Shown here: piece by piece, positions 10,863-22,300 of the stretch
Layout: each line of letters starts with the position of its first letter
How positions within the stretch are numbered: the first letter of the stretch is position 1
DNA from: a virus
Lineage: Duplodnaviria; Caudoviricetes
Strand: one strand, 5' to 3'
DNA: 64,000 nucleotides
IMG/VR virus record: IMGVR_UViG_3300032265_002598
Span: 96,001 to 160,000 of that record
The notes under the pieces: generated by a model
Seen by the model: the letters and a program-made list of their open reading frames with translations, nothing else
Told to the model about the DNA's origin: nothing
Database searches by the model: none
Position numbers and translations under genes: made by a program

Positions 10863-13800
10863 ATGCCTCAACAGAATCCATTTACATGTTCTGGATCGTA
10901 TGAAGAAGTAGGGCCATATAATCAGACATTATTTTTAGGATGTAGTTTAACTAATTTTAATATTAATCTAGGTTGGGGAGCTGACGCTAGCTCTATAACA
11001 ATTGGTTTAGTATCAGACCCAGCATTTCATCCTGTATCACAAAGATATGGTCCACTCAACGCTTTAGTAAGTAGTACCAATGCTAATAATAATACTCCAT
11101 CTACAGCTTTAAGACAAAATGCAGATGGTTCAATTAGTGACACTGATGCTGGCAGAAACTTATTTAAAACTATATCTCCACAAATAACAGATCAAAATCA
11201 ATATAATGATTTGGGAAAAGTTTATTGGGATATTAATAATAGGAAAAAATATTGGACTGATCCTGATCCTGGATTTTTAGGATTAGCCAAATACCAACCA
11301 GATGGACAATTAGTTCGTAAAGCTTACGATATTATTGGTGTCCCAGCCTTTTTTAGATTTTCTTCTGGATTATCTTTTGGAGGTATGATTTCAGATTGGA
11401 AAGCTAATGGTGGTCAAGGAGGAAGTGGATTATTTGAAGTTACATTAAAAAGTTATTCCAGTTTATTAGCTGGTTGTTATTTGATTATTGATGATTATGT
11501 TGGTTCAATATCAACTTCAATTAATACTGATATTGCTGTTCCTTCAAATACTACTGGTGTTTATACCTCAGATATAGTTAAAGGAAATATACCAAATGTA
11601 TTTAATATTTTTGGATATTTAGAAGACAAAGGATTTGGATACGCTGGTAAAACAGATTCTGGAGTTTCAGCTCTACAGATTTATTATGCTTTACAGGATT
11701 TAACAGGAGGAACAGATTGTCCATTTTCCCCATATGGAGCATTGATTGCTAAACATCCGTTAACTATGGATGGCACTGTTGTTGACGTAACCAACCAAAC
11801 AGTATCTAGTCTTATTTCTTCTAATAACACTATGACTTTACAAGAGTGTGGCTTATGTCCTAATATTAATGCCACAGATGGTATAAAAAGGACAAAACTT
11901 AAACTAGATTTAAGTGAAGTACCAATACCTCCTAATGATTTATTTTTAAATACTGGTCCATATATTACTATATTAGATTTTATTAGCAAATTATGTGCTG
12001 GTGCCGGTTTTGATTTTTATGTTGATTTTCGTCTTCCGGAACAAAATGAAATCGGAAATTTTTCTGGAGTTATTGTTATCAGAACAGTAAGCAAAAGAAA
12101 TCAACCTCCAAGAGAAATTATTAAAAATATAGTAGCGAATTTGGTTAATGCTGGAGCAAAAGTCAGCTCTTACACATATGGACAAGAATATAATGATAAA
12201 GATATCAGAGCTATGTATATTGGTAGCAAACAACAAAGATTATTACAAGTCAGATCTGTAAATTTATCGATTAAACAAAGTAGTTTAGTTTTTGATCCAT
12301 ACTATAACAATGGTGTTGGTCATTTTATTGATTTTAATGCTAAAAATAATTCGAATGCTGGTAATGCCAATATCAATAAATATGAAAACTATTTTAGAAT
12401 CCCAGACCCAGGAAGCACAAGATATTCTCAGACTGCTACAGACGGAGGATCAGCAGTTGGTCAAATTAACGACTGGGATATTTTTCAATCCGTAGTACAT
12501 TTTGGTCCAAATTCTTTAGGTATTTTAAGAGGTAATTATTTTCCTACAGAAGAACAAGATCCAGCTTCTCTTTATCAAGGAAATCCCAATCCTGCTTTTG
12601 CAAATAATGAGAGCTATCCACTATATAACGATCTGATTAGTCCATATTTTGGTTACCATGGTCAAGATACGACTGCGACCACAGTACCATCTGCTATCGA
12701 TTGGCACGAACCAAGAAAAGTATATTTGGATCGTAAAATGGGTCAATTACAAATTGTTTTTAGAAATAATGATATTACTTCTTTATTAACAAAAGCTTTT
12801 ACATCTAGTGGTGAATTTGTTGTTTTAGAGAACGAAATCAGAGCAGCTGGAGGAGGATTTGAAGCTTGGTTTTCGTATTGTTTTGATAATATATTTAATA
12901 CAGATATTGCAGATTTGATGTACTCAGCATTTTGTGCTCAATACCCAGTTTTTGGAAATAGAAGAAATTTTCTAGCTGGTTTAAATATTATTAACTGGGA
13001 TGCTGTTAATAAAACTCCAGTTACTCAAACAAAAGAAACTAGAGCGTATACTATTAGTATAGAAAATGCTCAACCATATGTTCAATTTTTATATGCAGAT
13101 CTAAAAAAGATTCATTCTTTTTTTTCGGATATTTGTAACAACTATTATGCTAAAAAATTTATGGTTAAAACACCTAGAATGAGATGGTATCAAACATCTC
13201 CTTTTAGTAATAGCGAAGGTGAGACATTTGTTAAGTATCCAGATCCAAATGGTAATAATTTTGCTTATTCAGCTTCTAGTAGATTTTTTACAAATTGGGA
13301 AATATCCACAGATGGAGCATGGGAAGAAGAAGGTAATTTTATAGATGATACTATTGTTGTTGGATCTACTCAAGCAAGCTTATTTTCAGACAACGATAAT
13401 AAAATACAGCCTATTTTAGGATTTAATGCCAATGGAGATTTTGCTTCTAGAGACTTTTGGTCTCAAACATATTTAGCTAATCGTAGTAATCCTAATTCAT
13501 TAACTGCTTTAATGCTATCTAGATCACAACCTTTTGGATCAGCAGTAGATAGAGGATTATATTTTCATTTTCCTTTAGATCATAATATGGATCCTTCAGA
13601 TTATACCTATGTTCCATATATAAATCCAACATTAACTAATTTAGGTTTAACTAATCTGACTAATACTTTGGTTGGACAAACTTTAGCTCCAACAACTGCT
13701 CATGGAGAACCAGTTCCTTCTAATTGGCAATATAAAATGTATGCTAAGGCCGAAGTTGAGCCTAAAGTAATTTTCATAAAAGATGTTGATGATATTTATC

Positions 13801-16349
13801 GACCTAGAGCCATACTGTCTCTACAAAGTCCATTATATTTAGGAGGAGGTAAATCTGATACACAAGATTCTTTGTCGTACGTTCAATTACATGATGCTTT
13901 AATGATAATGAATAGAGGATCTTCCCAGCCACCAAATAATATATCTCGTACAAATAATTCTTTAAAAGTTACTTCCAATCCAATGAATTGGAAAGCTATT
14001 CTTTGTGCTTGGGGATTTTCTAGCACTATGAAATTAATTGGTGGTTACCATGGTGTGTCTATCAATAATTCAGCAGAAAATGTGTCTATTGTTAAAAAAG
14101 CTACTTGTCCAGAGTTTGCGGCAATACCTATTAAATTTAATAGAGCTACTTATGGTCCTTGGATAAATCATCCTGGGCTTCAAGGTGTTTCTTCATTAAT
14201 ATTTATTACTACAGATCCTAATGGATATGATCAAAATACTCTCAATAATTTAGTTAATAATTTAGTAGGTGGAGTTAAAGTAAATATTGATGATGGTCTT
14301 AATCCTTGGAGTTATGGAGGAACAAATGCTTTAGATGCTGTAGTTATGAATCAAATTAAAGATGATGTTAATTACCAGCAAGTTACTGAACATGGAAGTA
14401 TTAATGCTGTAGGTATGCTATTGAACGATCCTAATGGAAAACCATATAGTATAGGTAGCGTATTAAAATTAACTGCGGCAGATACAGCAGGACCAATAGT
14501 AACTAATTTGGGTCTCAGTTTAAATAATGGTGGTATTAGTTCTAACTATAATATGAGAACATATGTTAAGAAAATAGGATTTTTTAATAAAGAAAATTCT
14601 GATAGAATTAAAGACACAAGTCTAGAGTTTATGAGAAGACGCAGAGATACGAATAATAGTATCAATAATGCTTTAAATAAAATTAAACCAAATATTTTTC
14701 CTAATACTAGCAATAGTTTACTTGGAGGTTCAGATACTCCTAAGCCATTGAGATGGAGTCCTTTTGAAGTTTTAGCTGGAGCGGCATATCCGCAATTAAA
14801 TTTTAAAAGTTCTGTTGGAGATATTTATTCTGATTTAGGATTTTCTCCATCGTGGTCTAAATTACCATATTCTAAAGGAACAAGTTTCAATACTAAAGAT
14901 ATGTTGAGATATTTAACAAATGTCTCTGTTCAAGATATTCAAGAATTACCCAGAGAACTTAAAGATGATTATTCCCAAAAATCATTTATGAGCTTAGATG
15001 GATTATTATCTCCTATTTCTTTTTATCCAACTTTATATGGATCTACTTATAATATTACAAAATATCCTAGAGATCATTGTGAATTTTGTCGTGGAAGCGG
15101 AACTTATACTTGGGAAAAATTTGATATTCCTAGAGATTCAGGGTCTCAGCCGTCTGGTTTTGCGGGTTTAGTGCAGTTGAAGTCGAGTAAAACTGATACC
15201 TGTCCTTTCTGCGAAACTGCTTCTGATAAAGCTAAAAGATCTTATAAAAGCGCCTCCCCAAAACAAACTAATCCTCCATATATTCTAGCGAGTGGAGATG
15301 ATTTAACTATTATTTCTAAAAATGCTAATACTGGACAACCATCTGGTGAAAATAATCAAAATACAATTATTAATTATTCTACTTTAAATCCTGTAATATT
15401 AATTAGTGGTGAATTTAGTTGTTTTCAAAATAGACAATCCGGAGACCTAACCGGACATAGTATTGACTTGATTGGTTTTGGTTCAACAGTTCCAGAAACT
15501 GGTAATTCTTTAAAATTAGCTTATTCATCAACTATAGAGAAAAACTTTTTAGACTATGATCAAAACTATATCGATCATTGTACAGCACATTCTGTTCCTG
15601 GACCTACAGGTGCTTCGGGCACTCCAGCGAATAATGCAAGATTCTTTGGATTACGAGGACCACTAATGGTTCATGCTTGGGGATATGATTTAGAAGGATT
15701 CCCAGTGCCTAATTCTTCTGGTGAGCCAAAATTAGATTCTAATGGTGATATTGTTAAAGATGGTAGTGGTAATATAATATATAAAAATCAAATCCAAAAT
15801 TCTGATCAAACTTGGACACAGCCATATAAAGAAAATTCATTCTACAAAGGCTGGGGACAATTACCAGGAACATGGCCAGTTGGTCCCGTTGATCTTAGAT
15901 GGGATGATATTGCTGGAGTTTGGGTTGCTGGAGGCAATGGCTATAAGCCAATTTGGGTAGTTATAGAAACAGATTTAGTAGGAAATCAGCCATCTCGTGG
16001 CGAAATAGTAGATGACTCTTATAGTAATCAACCATTAGCTAGTGGATTACGTCGTTTAGTTTTTGTGAAAGATCCAATTGGAGTTAATGGTGCTCCAAGA
16101 GGTGCTCATATTTACTGCAATTATAATAGTCAAAATGGATTTTATGAACCAATTTATAATAAAGTAAGTTTAAGTTCAGGTATTATTAGAGGAGCAAATT
16201 CTGTAGATATGTATAATATGTATCGGAATACTAGTGGAATATATCTTACAACTTTTTCTAATCCTTTAGATTTTAATGTTAATGTTGGAGACGCAGGATT
16301 ATTTACTTTTATAGGTAGTGGATGGGTTTTACAATCTTATAGGTGTTGA
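10863..16349 (+). CDS. Large putative tail/baseplate protein (1828 aa)
   Basis: Uninterrupted ORF with SD aagga. Contains a CEFC...CPFC zinc-finger-like pair. Context suggests a structural role. Confidence 0.5.
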   Translation: MPQQNPFTCSGSYEEVGPYNQTLFLGCSLTNFNINLGWGADASSITIGLVSDPAFHPVSQRYGPLNALVSSTNANNNTPSTALRQNADGSISDTDAGRNLFKTISPQITDQNQYNDLGKVYWDINNRKKYWTDPDPGFLGLAKYQPDGQLVRKAYDIIGVPAFFRFSSGLSFGGMISDWKANGGQGGSGLFEVTLKSYSSLLAGCYLIIDDYVGSISTSINTDIAVPSNTTGVYTSDIVKGNIPNVFNIFGYLEDKGFGYAGKTDSGVSALQIYYALQDLTGGTDCPFSPYGALIAKHPLTMDGTVVDVTNQTVSSLISSNNTMTLQECGLCPNINATDGIKRTKLKLDLSEVPIPPNDLFLNTGPYITILDFISKLCAGAGFDFYVDFRLPEQNEIGNFSGVIVIRTVSKRNQPPREIIKNIVANLVNAGAKVSSYTYGQEYNDKDIRAMYIGSKQQRLLQVRSVNLSIKQSSLVFDPYYNNGVGHFIDFNAKNNSNAGNANINKYENYFRIPDPGSTRYSQTATDGGSAVGQINDWDIFQSVVHFGPNSLGILRGNYFPTEEQDPASLYQGNPNPAFANNESYPLYNDLISPYFGYHGQDTTATTVPSAIDWHEPRKVYLDRKMGQLQIVFRNNDITSLLTKAFTSSGEFVVLENEIRAAGGGFEAWFSYCFDNIFNTDIADLMYSAFCAQYPVFGNRRNFLAGLNIINWDAVNKTPVTQTKETRAYTISIENAQPYVQFLYADLKKIHSFFSDICNNYYAKKFMVKTPRMRWYQTSPFSNSEGETFVKYPDPNGNNFAYSASSRFFTNWEISTDGAWEEEGNFIDDTIVVGSTQASLFSDNDNKIQPILGFNANGDFASRDFWSQTYLANRSNPNSLTALMLSRSQPFGSAVDRGLYFHFPLDHNMDPSDYTYVPYINPTLTNLGLTNLTNTLVGQTLAPTTAHGEPVPSNWQYKMYAKAEVEPKVIFIKDVDDIYRPRAILSLQSPLYLGGGKSDTQDSLSYVQLHDALMIMNRGSSQPPNNISRTNNSLKVTSNPMNWKAILCAWGFSSTMKLIGGYHGVSINNSAENVSIVKKATCPEFAAIPIKFNRATYGPWINHPGLQGVSSLIFITTDPNGYDQNTLNNLVNNLVGGVKVNIDDGLNPWSYGGTNALDAVVMNQIKDDVNYQQVTEHGSINAVGMLLNDPNGKPYSIGSVLKLTAADTAGPIVTNLGLSLNNGGISSNYNMRTYVKKIGFFNKENSDRIKDTSLEFMRRRRDTNNSINNALNKIKPNIFPNTSNSLLGGSDTPKPLRWSPFEVLAGAAYPQLNFKSSVGDIYSDLGFSPSWSKLPYSKGTSFNTKDMLRYLTNVSVQDIQELPRELKDDYSQKSFMSLDGLLSPISFYPTLYGSTYNITKYPRDHCEFCRGSGTYTWEKFDIPRDSGSQPSGFAGLVQLKSSKTDTCPFCETASDKAKRSYKSASPKQTNPPYILASGDDLTIISKNANTGQPSGENNQNTIINYSTLNPVILISGEFSCFQNRQSGDLTGHSIDLIGFGSTVPETGNSLKLAYSSTIEKNFLDYDQNYIDHCTAHSVPGPTGASGTPANNARFFGLRGPLMVHAWGYDLEGFPVPNSSGEPKLDSNGDIVKDGSGNIIYKNQIQNSDQTWTQPYKENSFYKGWGQLPGTWPVGPVDLRWDDIAGVWVAGGNGYKPIWVVIETDLVGNQPSRGEIVDDSYSNQPLASGLRRLVFVKDPIGVNGAPRGAHIYCNYNSQNGFYEPIYNKVSLSSGIIRGANSVDMYNMYRNTSGIYLTTFSNPLDFNVNVGDAGLFTFIGSGWVLQSYRC

Positions 16350-16355
16350 TATCAA

Positions 16356-19300
16356 ATGAGTTGCTGTACGTTATTTAATAGATCTTTATTCACTGAAGCT
16401 ACCTTAACCGGACTTAGTGTTGAAGTAGATATATCAAGTCTCAAGAATCTAATTCCTGCTTTCAATTCTGGAACCAGCGGACTATGGAGACCAATTATTG
16501 TTAGTGGAAATGTTTCAAATCATAATTATGTTGATTTGTTGACTCAGCCCCAAACAACTTTGCGTCAAGCTTTTGATCCATTCAATTGTTCATCTGCTAT
16601 TACTTATGCTGGAGACTATAATGATTTGGAAAAACCAATTTTTGGTTTAGATTGCGGTTATTGCAATCCATTAGAACCTATTGATACTATTTGTTGTACA
16701 GGATCTGGTTCGTGTGATAATAGAATGTTGAAAGATGATTATCTACCTAAAATACCATTATTAAATCAAAAATATCTGAATGAATTTTATGACTGGAAAT
16801 ATTATAATCAATTTCCATCAGTATCTAATAAACCATTAGGTCTTGAGCATTTTATTAAATTGTCTAATTTAAAGAATTTTACTATTACTAGTAGTAATAA
16901 TCAATCTAATACATCTGAAGCAAAAATGATGATCGATTGGTCTTTAAAAGAAAGAATGGGAGAGATACCTTATGATAAAGAAACATCTCAATATGATAAT
17001 ATAGATGATCATAATAAAGCATATGCTAAGTTTTTACAAGTTGGTAAGACTTGTGGAAATTTTATACTCACAAACCTTGAACCTGATGGATCTGGATATA
17101 ATCCATATTATCCTATATTTAGTGGACTGATAGGACCTACTGGACAAAATATTCCTTGGCCAAATTGGAGAGATGTTTTACCAACTCCCCAAGAATTTTC
17201 TGCAATACCTTATGGTTTTAATAATAAAACTTATGACAATATTTTTGTAAAACATAATAAACTTGGATCTCATTGGAAATGGAATTATACTTCAGGAATA
17301 TTAGGTTGGTACAGATATTACCAAACAGGAATTGTCAATGATCCTAGAGCAATTTCTGGTGTTGATCTTTATATTTCTCCAGGCGATGTATTTTATGCTA
17401 CAAATGATGGTCCAGAATATTCTCCATATAATGGAAATAGAACAACAGGCACAAAGTTTTGTCCATCTGGATTAAAATTAATTCAAAATAATAGTGTTGT
17501 TGGAATTATCCCTAGTGGTTCTAAATTCACATATATTTCTAATAATCTATATGATAGATTTTATAGTATTTATACGGCACTAGATTTTATTAATGAAGAA
17601 GATAATACTAGAAATTCTAATGTTAATCTATTAAGTCCTATAGAAATATTTGAGCTATCCGCATTATTATGTACTTCTCCAGAATATGATCAAATTACAA
17701 TAGATCTATTAAAAAGAAATCTGGATCAAAATTATATTCTTAATGAGTATAGACAACTATCTGGATTTAATAGTGATATGTCGGCTAGTAAAATTGGTTC
17801 AATTAGTAAACTAGATTTCGTACAAACAACTGGGGATCTAATAACAGCATTAGCCAATAAGTATGGAGCATATGTTTGGTTTCCTCCGCAGGCTACAACT
17901 ACACTAGAATTTACTAAAGATATTGATGCTGCGTGTTATATAGATTTAGATTTTGATATGGCTGTAAAATTATCAGATACTTATGCAATATCTTTCCCAG
18001 GATCTAATGGTATGAATGATTGTTCAGAGCCTTCTTTTTCAAAGAATTTTGATTATTCTCAATCTTTACAATTAGCTAATTTAACATTAGAAAGCAGAAG
18101 AGATATCAGAACCAGATTTGATCAGACTTGTAATAGTGGAATAATAAATATATCTAAAGTTGCAAAAATGGCTGGTATTTATTTCAATAATAATCTTATT
18201 AAAGAAATAGTTTATTCCACAGGAATAGAGCATTTTTATAATAAATATCCTAAAGCTGAATTAAGTAGAAAATATAAAGCTACTGCTGCTAATCTAAGAA
18301 TTGATAAAGCTGCTTTTCATAATCAAGGAGGAGTATATTATGATAGTAAAATATTTGGAGCAGATAATAGTACTATATTCGTTAATAATGTTTCGTTAAA
18401 TTTTTCTAATACACCAAGAGCTAAGATCAAATTTACTACCAAAGATGCTGGTATTAAACTTTATGGTTTAAAAATTGAAAAATTAAGAGGATCAACTTCT
18501 GGAACTTATGAATGTAGAGCTTTTCCTAATAAAAATAGTTGTGGATGTTTTGGATTATTAACTTTTCCAGAATATCCATACATCTGTAATGATAGTTCTG
18601 TAGTTTTCACTAATGATCCCTTACGATATACTCCTGGATTATCTACTGCAAATAGTCCAATCTTAAAATCATACGGAGGTTATTCAGCTAGCTATATAAG
18701 TGGAATATTAGGAAGCCAAACGATACCAAACCATCCAGCAGTAGGAACTTCATTGACTGCTGTTAATAAAAAAATTGATCCAGAAATGCCTTATGGTTGT
18801 GAACAATCTATTCAAGTTAGTCTACCTAATTATGTATATAGTTCGTGGTCTTTGTCTTTACCTAGTTATGATACTGTCCATGCAGATATTTGGGCACAAG
18901 TTTTAGAAAATGTTGATTTATTTAGAACTACATTATCGTGGCAAAATCCAGACAATCCAGACGGTGGATTCGATTCTATTCCAAATCCAGGATATCAAAG
19001 GTTTGCTAGCCAAGTAAATATTAATGATAATATTTCTGTATATGATAAACAAAAGAAAATAGTTGTACAAAAGGGGGACGGAGTTACTAATATAGGAGTT
19101 AAAATTACTAATCCATATTTATCAGCTATTTTAGAAAACACTCATGTCTTATATCCTCCAAATGGAAATTCTTGTCTTGCTAGTAATACAATTGGCGGAG
19201 ATGAGAATATTTTGGTTCCTATTAAATTTAGTAGAATACCCAGAAAACAATTAATCAATTTTGCTATTCCATCTACAACTGGTATGGGAGTTTTAAAAAG

Positions 19301-22300
19301 AGGATTTTTTCATCCTAATAGTGGACTTACATATAAAACCAATTTAAATATTAATGGAAATAATACTATAAAAAATAGCCCAATAGATTATTCAAGACAA
19401 TCGCCATATATCTCTTATGACCAAGAACTTTTTAATTCTGGTGCTCCATATAATTCTGGTTCTATATTAATAGGAAATTTTACGGATGATGTTAAAAACA
19501 TATTATCTCAAATAAATGGTTTTGGATCTCATAAAAAACCCAGATTATATTTGCAACTAGGTAATAGATGGTATGAGTATAATACTGATGACACTTTTGG
19601 ATTTAAAAAAGATAACACTACATATATTGGAGAACCATATCTATTTAAATATTCTAGTCAAGATTCTTTTGAAAAAGTTGATGGTCCAATAATACCAGTA
19701 TCTCCAAAAGGACACATTAACTTTAGTTTCATGTATAATTTCATTCCAAGTGGCAATAAAATTACACATCACTCAGAAAGAAAATATCCTTTCCTATATA
19801 CTGATTTCATTTCAAATCCAAACGATATTAGGACAGCCAAATTAAATGGAATAAGACTATATTTTCTATTAGGAGAAAATGATACGGCACTAATTACATC
19901 ATATGATTCTATTAGTCTTTTGACAGATGATGACCAAAATAAGATTACTGCAACATATCCCGAATTAGTATTGGCTAATGGAGAAAGATGGAAATATAGA
20001 GGAAATGGAGCAAAAAATAATCCTAATTCTTATGCTCTAGTAGACTATAATCGTTTATATACGAATTTTAGTGATTTGCATATTGACTATGAAAAAAGAA
20101 ATAGACAGGGATATATTTACGATACTAAAAAGAAATGCAATCAAACTGTTAAAATTTATAATAAAAAAAATCCATCACAAAATTATGATGCTAAAATTAT
20201 TGAAAAAAGTTTATATCATATAACCGTAGATAAAAATAAAAATAAAATTGTAAGAAAAAAGAATCTTATTAATGAGTATAGAAATTTTTACACAGAAATT
20301 AAATTTGATCAAGATATACGATATGCTCAATGCTATATAGATTTTAGTTTATTAGGTTTAGATTCATCTAATCAAGAAGGAGCGGATTCATTTTTTGTTT
20401 ATCAGAATCAACCTACTTTAAAAGGTGAGATTGATAGTTTATTAGTCAATGGAAATTATTCAACGAAATGGTCTGATATTTTTAATTTTGATGGTAAATT
20501 AACTAATGATCTATCTCAATATTTTCATGGGTCTGATTATTTGAATAGCATATATCCATCTAGTCTTTATGATAATAACTTTTTTAAGATTATTATCAAT
20601 AATGCTGACTATAAAATTCATAGATATAATATTAATCTAAATAACAATAGTCTATTTGTTACTCATTCTGGTTTAGCAAATTATGCTATACATCAACAAT
20701 ACAATATCGGTTTAGATATTTTAACTAATGGATCTATGGAAGATTATCAAAATTATCTTTCTTTTATAGATATTAATATTCCTCAGTCTGGTGATAATGT
20801 AAAAAATGATTTTAGAGATAAAATTCAACCTTATTTACAAAAAATGATTGATGATAATAAAATACCTTTGGGATCTATTAAAATTAGTGGTATTTTAGCA
20901 AATTTGGGATCAACACATACTTATGACAATGATTTTATTTCACCTACCGCTAATTTATTTTGGGTAAATTTAAAAGGTGGAAAATTACTAGAATCTGCTT
21001 TTATGATAAATCCTGGCAAAACTTTTTATACAAACACATTGAGGGTAGATAGTTCTCCTTTTCAACTTTCACAAATTAATTCTGCAACGAAAGTAAATTC
21101 AAATGGTTGTTATAAAGTTTTTTATCCATCGACTCCTACAAATACCCAAACTTTCGCAGATAACGTACTAGAATTTGATCATTTCAAACAAGTTCCTTAT
21201 ACTGGTGGTATTTTTTCTAGACTTCCAGTATATTGTGATACAGATAATCTTCCGGCCGGAGGATGTTCAAGTTTGGCTTGCGGAATGAATACTGCTGGAT
21301 ACGTTTCATATAGTGGAACATATAATATACAAGTTAATAAAACAAAAACATTAGAAGAATCAAACGATATTCCTTATATATTATCATATGATGGAGGTTT
21401 TTATAATCCAATAGGCAATACTGGCTTAAAATATATTCAAAGATTAGAATTATCTCCAAACAATACTCTATATCCTGTATCTAATTGTGATATCAATGTT
21501 TCTCCCAGACCAATAAATAATAGAATTTCAGTACTTAACGAAGAATATCAACAGTTAATGGGTAATAGTATAGTAAATGATCATACAACATTAGTTCAAA
21601 ATACTGATATATTAGCTAATGAAATGTTTTTTAGATTAATATATGGAGAAAAACAAAAAATTAATTTAAATACTATAGATAATGTTAATGATTCAATTTC
21701 TTTTAAAGATTTGATTAAATACAATTATCCTAAGATAGAAGCTAAAGATGTATATAAAAATATCCCATATGATTTGGATAAATTAGCAGATACTAGTAAT
21801 AGAAAAATTTCTGGTAATTTATCTATAAGAGGCATTTTAAAAGTTGGTGATTCTATTACAGCACAAATTGCTGATAAACAAATTGATATTTCAATAGTAA
21901 GACAAGATGGTAAGATAATGTCTGTAGCAACAGTAGATGGGAAAAGTGTGTCGGGGGTGATATATACTGAATTTTCTACTACTAACAATTTAATAGTTAG
22001 TAATAAAATACTTTCTGGATATACTTTTTTGAAAGCGTGCGTAGAATTAGAAAGAAGAAATCTTGGATTTTTACACGCCTTTACTTCAGGGAAAATTAAT
22101 GGAGAAAAAGACTGTGATGGTAATCAACTTGTTTACCCTTGGTGGCCTATTATGGATAGAACAGCATGGCTAGCAATTGCTCAAATAGAGAAAGATGCTC
22201 AAGCAGCTAGAAATGCAGGAAATAATGATCTTGCAGATTTATTATCGAAAAGTGCTCAAGATAAGTATAAACCATATGCTTGTCCATTCCCATCAGATTT